From a virus, in the IMG/VR virus record IMGVR_UViG_3300009285_001996: a DNA stretch of 64,000 nucleotides; one strand, given 5' to 3'. The stretch's first letter is position 1; every line of letters starts with the position of its first letter. Positions 57,210 to 64,000 of the stretch are shown here, piece by piece. The notes under the pieces are model-generated. The model saw only the letters and a list, made by a program, of their open reading frames with translations. It did no database searches and was not told where the DNA came from. Both the position numbers and the translations under genes were made by a program.

Positions 57210-57689
57210 ATGAAAATTAACCTTATGTATGGCGTAGCGGGTTTTCCACTTGATAACTACCTTAATATTAGTCCGTTTGGAGAGGCGTCGGAATCACTCA
57301 CTATTGGTAGCGTTCAAAATTTGGACGAATTTGTAGATAACGGCGAAGCTACAGAAATAATTGCAGATAATGTCCTAGAGTATGTACCCACCCCTAATGT
57401 TCCTACCACCCTATCTAATTGGGTGTCAAAACTAAAAATAGGTGGAAAACTGGTGATTTCATTTATGGATGCTACCTTGACCGCCAAAGATTTCGCAAAT
57501 TATCGCGTCTCACTTGAGGAATTTAATAACCGCATTCACGGCTCACAGGAAAAGCCATATTTGATTAAACGGTCTTCTATTACGGTTGTTGACCTATGCA
57601 AGCATGTAGTAGAAACCCATAATATGCGGATTATAAAAAAGCGAATAAACGATGGTAAAGGAACAGTAGAATTTGAGAGGGTAGCATAA
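57210..57689 (+). CDS. methyltransferase-like protein
   Basis: EIIADNVLEY..LSNWVSKLKIGGKL resembles the type 11 MTase core; the SAM motif is degenerate. Confidence 0.6.
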   Translation: MKINLMYGVAGFPLDNYLNISPFGEASESLTIGSVQNLDEFVDNGEATEIIADNVLEYVPTPNVPTTLSNWVSKLKIGGKLVISFMDATLTAKDFANYRVSLEEFNNRIHGSQEKPYLIKRSSITVVDLCKHVVETHNMRIIKKRINDGKGTVEFERVA

Positions 57690-57964
57690 TGCCATATAAG
57701 CAAGTTTGTATTGATCCCCCAAAAGTTTTAGAAGAACTACCCAAAAAAGCGGATTGGGTAAGTTCTGATAAGACAAAGGCGTACTTTAAGGAAAACAACA
57801 AGATAGTGTATTACTATTATTGCCAATATTGTAAGGGGTGGATAAATGGAGTGCCAAATAAATATGAAGAAAATACGCTTGCTCCACTAGCTGGAAGAAT
57901 TGGTATAGTTGAACACTGTATTAGGTGTGGTGTGGAAATAGATTTTTCAGGAATGTGCTCTTAG
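57689..57964 (+). CDS. hypothetical Zn-binding protein
   Basis: CQYC...CIRC. Confidence 0.55.
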   Translation: MPYKQVCIDPPKVLEELPKKADWVSSDKTKAYFKENNKIVYYYYCQYCKGWINGVPNKYEENTLAPLAGRIGIVEHCIRCGVEIDFSGMCS

Positions 57965-57974
57965 AGAGAATAAT

Positions 57975-58802
57975 ATGAAAAGGCAAACTTCGTGCAAAAG
58001 TTGTGTATGGGCACTGTATGAAAATAATACACAAACCTCCTGCCAAATGTCCATGCTAGATAAGTTTAAGGACGCTGGCATCAGCATTGTTGAGGCTTAC
58101 GACAACGACGAAAATAAGAACGAATTTTACGTCATTGACGGTATATGTATGTTTGGGCGAGGTAAGAGATGGTTGGAAAAGAATGGGCAGGGAAAGTCAG
58201 TGAGGGAGATATGGGCGATTATCAGGCGGGAAATCACATTATCTATAGAAGTTGTGGTTTATGTGAGCAAAACGGCTAGTTTTTCCGATATAGTTCAAAC
58301 GGTAAACTCACTATATTGGCAAACTTTACACCCAACCAGCTTAATATTTGTTCATCATCCACCCTGCAAAATTAAACCACATGAATACCGCAACTATTTC
58401 ATTGGCAGACCGTCAGAAAACGGCAATAAACCCATACCCTATTACATGGAATTTCCCTTGGAAATAGACGCCAGCGAGGGGGGCTACCCTAAAATGGTAG
58501 ATCGTAATAGGTGTGTGGATATTGCCGTGAAAAAGTGTAGAACCCAAAATATAGTGGTGGTTAATGCGGGGTATGTTCTTCCGCCTCACTACCTAGCGAA
58601 AATAGACTCAATTATAAATGACAATTTGAAAGACATTTTAGTGGTTAAACCCGTAGATGGAGAAAACGGTCTCTTTTTAAGAAAGGCTTTGCACGAACTA
58701 ATAGGTGGTAGCCGAGAAAAACCCTTTTTGCAGAAGGTGACTGATACGATAGAAGGAGATGAGGAGAGTAAAAAGTTTGTTGTAGAGGGGGCTAATCTGT
58801 GA
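57975..58802 (+). CDS. hypothetical protein with degenerate GT-A-like region
   Basis: Cys-rich N-terminus; TVNSLYWQTLHPTSLIFV resembles a GT2 N-terminus; lies in the glyco cluster. Confidence 0.45.
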   Translation: MKRQTSCKSCVWALYENNTQTSCQMSMLDKFKDAGISIVEAYDNDENKNEFYVIDGICMFGRGKRWLEKNGQGKSVREIWAIIRREITLSIEVVVYVSKTASFSDIVQTVNSLYWQTLHPTSLIFVHHPPCKIKPHEYRNYFIGRPSENGNKPIPYYMEFPLEIDASEGGYPKMVDRNRCVDIAVKKCRTQNIVVVNAGYVLPPHYLAKIDSIINDNLKDILVVKPVDGENGLFLRKALHELIGGSREKPFLQKVTDTIEGDEESKKFVVEGANL

Positions 58803-59569
58803 GCGAAAAACAATTACCAGTGGTTGCGGTTATAGTGCCATTGCACAATCACGAAAATTTTATCGAACGGGCAATTCGTAGTGCCGCCGAACAAGATTAT
58901 CCAGCTAAATTTATTGTGGTTATAGACGACGGCTCTACTGATAATTCATATTCTGTAGTATATAGTTTATTGGAAAATAGGCAGGAGAAAAGTAATGAAG
59001 GGGGCGTTATAATAAGTGGAGACGTCTCTAATACTAGAGTTTTCCTGCTAAAACACGACTTGGCACTAGGACCGTCAGCGGCTCGCAATTCTGCTATTGA
59101 GTTTGCGTGGAAAACAGCACATCTTTTTTCGATGATGGATGCAGACGACTATTATCTACCCACAAAAATTAGCAAGTCAGTAGCTAAATTCTTGGAATAC
59201 CCAAATGAAATAGGTATAGTATATACAAACGCAATTATTCATAGTGAGATAACTGGCGTAGATATCGAAGAGTTTCGTGAAGCATATGATGACCGCAGAT
59301 TATGCCAGGAGTGTATTATCTCGAATACTGCAATGATCTCTAGGTTGGCATTCGAGCGATGTGGGTTATATGACAAAACTTATCGCACTGCTGAAGATTG
59401 GAATCTATATTTAAGGATATGCGAAAAATTTATAGCGGTTAATATACCAGAATGTTTACACGTATATTCTGTGACTGGTGTTAACGCGAGTAATATTGTT
59501 AATCAGGAAGTATGGCAAAAGAATTGGGCTAGAATAGGACAATATTTACAACAAAGAGGCAGACATTAA
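58799..59569 (+). CDS. glycosyltransferase family 2
   Basis: VIVPLHN, VIDDGSTD, GPSAARN, MDADD, EDW. Confidence 0.92.
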   Translation: MSEKQLPVVAVIVPLHNHENFIERAIRSAAEQDYPAKFIVVIDDGSTDNSYSVVYSLLENRQEKSNEGGVIISGDVSNTRVFLLKHDLALGPSAARNSAIEFAWKTAHLFSMMDADDYYLPTKISKSVAKFLEYPNEIGIVYTNAIIHSEITGVDIEEFREAYDDRRLCQECIISNTAMISRLAFERCGLYDKTYRTAEDWNLYLRICEKFIAVNIPECLHVYSVTGVNASNIVNQEVWQKNWARIGQYLQQRGRH

Positions 59570-59681
59570 TTTAAGGGATGTAAACATGGACTGCCTCAGC
59601 CGTTAGCTTTAGTTGTATTCGGTAGGGGGTGCGGAATTATGAGTTTGTTTTATTTATCTGAATAAAGGTTGGTATCGCCAA

Positions 59682-60071
59682 ATGAGAGTCATAATCGCTG
59701 GTTCCCGCACGATCAACAATTATAATACAGTTAAAAGGGCTATCTCAGATAGCGGCTTTGACATTACCACTGTTATATCAGGTGGAGCAAATGGTGTAGA
59801 TAAAATAGGTGAAATATGGGCAGAAGAAAATGAAATACCGATTGTGGAGAAACTAGCTAGATGGGATGACGTGGGTGTGAAAGGTGCGGTTATTAAGACT
59901 AACAAATATGGGAAAAAATACAATGCTAAAGCTGGTATTACCCGCAATGAAGAAATGGCTAAAGTTGCCGATGCCTTAATAGCGGTTTGGGATGGAGAAA
60001 GTGTAGGAACCGCCAACATGATAGAGACGGCGCAAAAATACGACCTACAAATCTATATTCATTATGTATAG
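59682..60071 (+). CDS. SLOG-family protein (YspA/DUF2493-like)
   Basis: RVIIAGSR, ISGGANGVD, AGITRNEEM, WDGES.GT.NMI. Confidence 0.8.
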   Translation: MRVIIAGSRTINNYNTVKRAISDSGFDITTVISGGANGVDKIGEIWAEENEIPIVEKLARWDDVGVKGAVIKTNKYGKKYNAKAGITRNEEMAKVADALIAVWDGESVGTANMIETAQKYDLQIYIHYV

Positions 60072-60074
60072 CGT

Positions 60075-60800
60075 GTGTATCGCCCAATGACCAGTTTAGC
60101 TAAACGCAATATAACTAGCACAAGAAAACAGAAGGTTATAGATGAACATGTCGCGTTCGTTATTCCATCGGCTGGTATTGGATATAGACTCAAAGCTGTG
60201 GGTCCAAAGTCCCTTATTAGGTTAGATGGTGGTTTAACAATATTAGAACACCAACTATTAACTATATTAAGGGTGTACCCCAATTCGGAAATTTTGTATG
60301 TGGTAGGTTTTGAGAACTATAAATTTAACGAATATAAGAAAAAGTATCCAATACGACTAATTTATAATTCATTATATGATAAGACTAATGTACTATATAG
60401 TATTGGGTTGGGAGTACAGGCGACCACGTTAAGAAAAATAGTGGTGGTGTACGGTGACTTAGTGTTTAATTCGCCCACTATTACTAATATTCACGCTGGC
60501 GGCTCTAAAGTCGTTATAGACACTAGACAACAAATTAGCAAGGAAAAGGTGGGGGTAGTATTAAATAAGGGGGTGGTGACTAATTTCGCCTATGGGGTGG
60601 AGCCAAAGTGGGCGCAAATTGCTTATTTAACTGGATTAGAGTTAGATTTGTTTGAAGAAACCGCTCTCGATAACAAAAAACGGGGATGGTATGGACATGA
60701 AAGCCTGAATTACGTCATAGATAATGGTGGAAAATTAACAATATTTGAGTCGCCAGATATAGAAATAAGTGAAATTCGATCTAAAAAGGATATACCTTGA
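60075..60800 (+). CDS. nucleotidyltransferase (LicC/NTP-transferase family)
   Basis: IPSAGIGYRL..GPKSL, YNSLYDKTN, YGDLVF. Confidence 0.8.
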   Translation: MYRPMTSLAKRNITSTRKQKVIDEHVAFVIPSAGIGYRLKAVGPKSLIRLDGGLTILEHQLLTILRVYPNSEILYVVGFENYKFNEYKKKYPIRLIYNSLYDKTNVLYSIGLGVQATTLRKIVVVYGDLVFNSPTITNIHAGGSKVVIDTRQQISKEKVGVVLNKGVVTNFAYGVEPKWAQIAYLTGLELDLFEETALDNKKRGWYGHESLNYVIDNGGKLTIFESPDIEISEIRSKKDIP

Positions 60801-61786
60801 AAGTCCTCATCCGACATGAAACCAACGCGAGCCATTATATTTATTCTGGAATAGCGGCTGAACTGCAAAAACGTGGTAATACAGTAGCGTTTTGGTGTCC
60901 AGAACAAAAGTCTTGTTTTGACATCTTTAATGAGTTTAACCCAGACGTTTATTTAGGACAAGGCTATAATCTTGATAGGGCTCAAATAAAAAATCTCAAC
61001 ACTAGACCTTCCTGCAAAATATTCTTAAAGTGTGGGAATTATGGATCGTTAGATAGTGAAATCGACACCAAAGAATATCCAGTTTTGATGGCGACAGATA
61101 ACGAGAGAAAGGCGGTCGATAGTATTGTCAATAAAGACCGTATCTGTATATTCAACTTTAACCCGAATACCGATAAGTGGAATGACGCGGTAATCGGAAA
61201 GTGGAGGGGGTTAGTGCCAACGATTTTTGGTTTAGCCCCAGCCGCCGATACTTCGGTTTTCTACCCAGAACCCAAGAACGACAAATTAAGGTGTGATCTT
61301 GTAATTTGTTCAGCTATATGGGAATATAAACAAAGAACTATAAGTAAGTATATTTTCCCACTGTGTTATCCACTAGGCAAATACAACATAAGAATATTTG
61401 GAAGTTCACATTGGTCACAACCACAATATATAGGAGCAATATCGGATAGTACATTAAGAGGAGTCCTAAGTAGTGCAAAATTAGGATTACATGTAAGCGA
61501 ACCTCATCTACAAAGATGGGGTTATGAGGTAATTTCCCGAATCCCCAATACGCTCGCTTGTGGAACCCTCTGTATTTCTGATTACGTCGCCGCCTTAGAC
61601 GACTATTATCCCAACCTAAACTTCCCTGCCGCAAAAACTCCCGAAGAATATAAAGACATGATCGATTATTATTTAGTACACGATGAGGAAAGGATTAAAT
61701 TGGCAGGAGAATTACATAAGTATACTTTAGAGCATCACACATACGAAAATCGGGTTGACGAAATTTTCACAATATTGGAGATTTAA
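60797..61786 (+). CDS. CgeB/YkvP-type glycosyltransferase
   Basis: PAADTSVFYP, SR..LACGTLCISD, YYL.HDEER..LA..HHTYENR. Confidence 0.75.
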   Translation: MKVLIRHETNASHYIYSGIAAELQKRGNTVAFWCPEQKSCFDIFNEFNPDVYLGQGYNLDRAQIKNLNTRPSCKIFLKCGNYGSLDSEIDTKEYPVLMATDNERKAVDSIVNKDRICIFNFNPNTDKWNDAVIGKWRGLVPTIFGLAPAADTSVFYPEPKNDKLRCDLVICSAIWEYKQRTISKYIFPLCYPLGKYNIRIFGSSHWSQPQYIGAISDSTLRGVLSSAKLGLHVSEPHLQRWGYEVISRIPNTLACGTLCISDYVAALDDYYPNLNFPAAKTPEEYKDMIDYYLVHDEERIKLAGELHKYTLEHHTYENRVDEIFTILEI

Positions 61787-61794
61787 GAGATCGA

Positions 61795-62034
61795 ATGAAT
61801 AATAAACCAACACTATACGATTTAGAGCAAACAATTGCCCGCTTAAAGATTGAGAATCAGTTATTAGCCGATGAGGTAATACATTTGAGACCACTTAAAG
61901 AAAAGTGGATTGATTCCTGTGGTAAAATTCAGGATTCTATTCAGCAATACGGGTTTGGTAAGTGGGGGGCTGATATTTTCGATATTGCGTGCGACATTAT
62001 GAAAAGATACGCCGATTTGGAGAATAGAGTATGA
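61795..62034 (+). CDS. hypothetical protein
   Basis: Coiled-coil N-terminus; ATGA overlap with the next gene. Confidence 0.5.
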   Translation: MNNKPTLYDLEQTIARLKIENQLLADEVIHLRPLKEKWIDSCGKIQDSIQQYGFGKWGADIFDIACDIMKRYADLENRV

Positions 62035-63023
62035 AAACCGTCGTAGTAACAGGCTCGGAAGGATTCTTGGGCAAGTACGTTTGTCAAGCATTTTTAGATG
62101 CTGGATGGGACACTATTGGAATAGATAATAGGTTTAAATATGGACATAATGAAGATAGATGTGTTAGAGGGGTTAGTTATGAATATAAGGACGTAAGATA
62201 TACAGGGTTTGAGTGGTTAGTTAGAAATAGAAAACCAAATGTAGTAGTAGACCTAGCCTCAATAGTGGGAGGCGCTCAATTTTTATATGGTAATCATCTG
62301 AATGGTCGGCATAGCGTTTATTGGGATTTATCTAATAACATAGATATGCACAAAAGGGTAATCGAGGCGTGTATACTGGCAGGGAGCTGTGTGTTTGAGG
62401 GAAAGCCGAATTCTCACCCTCGTCTTATTACCATTTCTTCCTCTGCTATATACGAAAGAGTAAATGTATATTCAACTCCAGAATATAAAATCGACGACAT
62501 TCCAACTCCTACTCATTGGTATGGATTATATAAATATATGTGTGAGAGACTAACCACGATGTCTGGGTTGGATTATACTATATTGAGACTATTTAATTGT
62601 GCTGGATTGGGCGACGACGATTTACGTAGCTCACACGTTATTCCACAACTAATTCGCAATTTTAAAGCGGGGGATTTTACTGTTTATGGAGATGGTAGCG
62701 AAACCCGTACATTTACACATTGTACGGATGTGGCAAACGCAATAGTAAAAGTAGCTGACGACGATAGCTTTATCAGTAAGGTGGTTAATATAGCGAACTC
62801 GCAAAACATAACTAGTATAGGCGATTTAGCAGTAAAAATATTGCAGAAAGTATTAAGAAATAAATCCCCGAAGGTTGCTAATCAATTAACCTACATAGCA
62901 GACAGACGACTTTCACCAATTATCAGGAGTGAAGCAAATAATACAATGTCTGTTAGTTTAGGTATAGAATATAAGGTTGGGTTAGACGAAATTATTAAAG
63001 AATCCGTCCCGTACTATAATTAG
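62031..63023 (+). CDS. NAD-dependent epimerase/dehydratase
   Basis: VTGSEGFLG, ISSSAIY, YGLYK, GDGSETRTF. Confidence 0.9.
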   Translation: MKTVVVTGSEGFLGKYVCQAFLDAGWDTIGIDNRFKYGHNEDRCVRGVSYEYKDVRYTGFEWLVRNRKPNVVVDLASIVGGAQFLYGNHLNGRHSVYWDLSNNIDMHKRVIEACILAGSCVFEGKPNSHPRLITISSSAIYERVNVYSTPEYKIDDIPTPTHWYGLYKYMCERLTTMSGLDYTILRLFNCAGLGDDDLRSSHVIPQLIRNFKAGDFTVYGDGSETRTFTHCTDVANAIVKVADDDSFISKVVNIANSQNITSIGDLAVKILQKVLRNKSPKVANQLTYIADRRLSPIIRSEANNTMSVSLGIEYKVGLDEIIKESVPYYN

Positions 63024-63033
63024 GAGTCTATTC

Positions 63034-64000
63034 ATGGTTGAAATTCAAAAATCCGATCTAATTATGATTACTGGCGGAACTGGATTTCTAGGTCATGCTG
63101 TCTGTAAAACCCTTCGCAATGATGGATACACTAACCTATTACCATTGGATTCTCGCCAATACGATCTAAGATTTACTGAGGATGCGTCTCTATGTATGAA
63201 AGCATTTCAAGAAACAAAAATTGTAGCACATCTTGGGGCAGTCGTAGGCGGCATAAACGGAAATCGTATGTCTCCAGGGCGTTTTTTCCACGATAATATG
63301 ATTATGGGATTAAATGTTATAGAACAAGCTAGACTATCATGTAAAGACTTAAAAAAGTTTATATTGATTAGTACAACATGTGCCTACCCCAGAGATTGTC
63401 CTACGCCGTTTATTGAAGAAAATCTGTGGAATGGGCGACCAGAATTTACGAACTGGGGATACGCGGAAAGTAAGCGCGCTTTAATGTGTATGTTGGAAAT
63501 GTATAGATTACAGTATGGATTTCCTGGTATCACACTTATACCGACAAATTTGTATGGAAATGGTGATTCGTTAAATGTTGAAACTAATCACGTAATTCCT
63601 GCCATAATCATTAAATTTCTTAAAGCAAAAAGGGATGAATCGCCAACCGTAGAATTATGGGGTGACGGTTCCCCCACTAGAGAATTCCTTTATGTGGATG
63701 ATTGTGCTCGTGGAATAGTGGAAGCCATGAAGTATTACGATAAGCCAGAGCCAGTAAATCTTGGAAATGGTATTGAAATCTCTATCTATGATTTAGCCCA
63801 CATGATAAAGTATAAGATTGGTTATGCGGGAGAAATAGTGTGGAATAAGGATATGCCTAATGGACAACCAAGACGATGTTTAGATGTCCATAGGGCGTTT
63901 AACGAATTTGGGTTCACAGCGGAAACCAGCCTAAGTGAAGGCTTGGATATTACTATTGAGGATATTAAAGATAGATTAACACTTCAAGAGGTGGTATTAT
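63034..64000 (+). CDS. fcl: GDP-L-fucose synthase-like epimerase/reductase (runs off the window end)
   Basis: Manual translation: MITGGTGFLG, HLGAVVGGI, TCAYP, YAESK, PTNLYG, HVIPA, WGDGSPTREFLYVDD, PNGQPRR. Confidence 0.85.
   Translation, partial: MVEIQKSDLIMITGGTGFLGHAVCKTLRNDGYTNLLPLDSRQYDLRFTEDASLCMKAFQETKIVAHLGAVVGGINGNRMSPGRFFHDNMIMGLNVIEQARLSCKDLKKFILISTTCAYPRDCPTPFIEENLWNGRPEFTNWGYAESKRALMCMLEMYRLQYGFPGITLIPTNLYGNGDSLNVETNHVIPAIIIKFLKAKRDESPTVELWGDGSPTREFLYVDDCARGIVEAMKYYDKPEPVNLGNGIEISIYDLAHMIKYKIGYAGEIVWNKDMPNGQPRRCLDVHRAFNEFGFTAETSLSEGLDITIEDIKDRLTLQEVVL

Noticed and set aside
856-62091. Numerous minus-strand ORFs in the ORF track
   Set aside because: They are antisense shadows of well-supported + strand genes, with no recognisable motifs.
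1-64000. tRNA/rRNA genes and alternative genetic code
   Set aside because: No cloverleaf or rRNA-like segments were noticed by eye (tRNAscan not run); conserved genes are intact under the standard code with TAA, TAG and TGA all used as stops.

Overview
This is a 64-kb, AT-rich, densely packed segment of a large dsDNA bacteriophage genome. Essentially all real genes are on the + strand and use the standard code; the SSB sequence suggests a Planctomycetota-like host (inference). It carries replication and recombination genes (split DnaE-type Pol III alpha with an intervening DEDDh exonuclease, DnaB, DnaG, RecA, two SSBs, Cas4/RecB-like nuclease). It also carries nucleotide metabolism genes (class II RNR, ThyX, dCMP deaminase, dNMP kinase, GMP reductase, PRTase), two sigma-70-like factors, three DNA methyltransferases, several free-standing endonuclease-like genes, and a large glycosyltransferase/sugar-nucleotide cluster. 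The standout is a locus at about 7.3-8.85 kb. A solitary Cas7/RAMP-like gene and a PD-(D/E)XK nuclease are surrounded by five intergenic arrays with 5-nt periodicity, a near-constant (A/T/C)GT triplet alternating with a variable NN dinucleotide. A sixth orphan array lies at about 2.0 kb. Every array ends in the same covarying hairpin. Read as a gapped NN-x-NN-x code, three arrays match the first two codon positions of a diverged homologue of the adjacent gene (ssb, a Zn-ribbon gene, an Sm-like gene). This suggests a CRISPR-less RNA-guided system with wobble-skipping, non-contiguous target recognition. All protein calls are by motif recognition only; no database searches were run.
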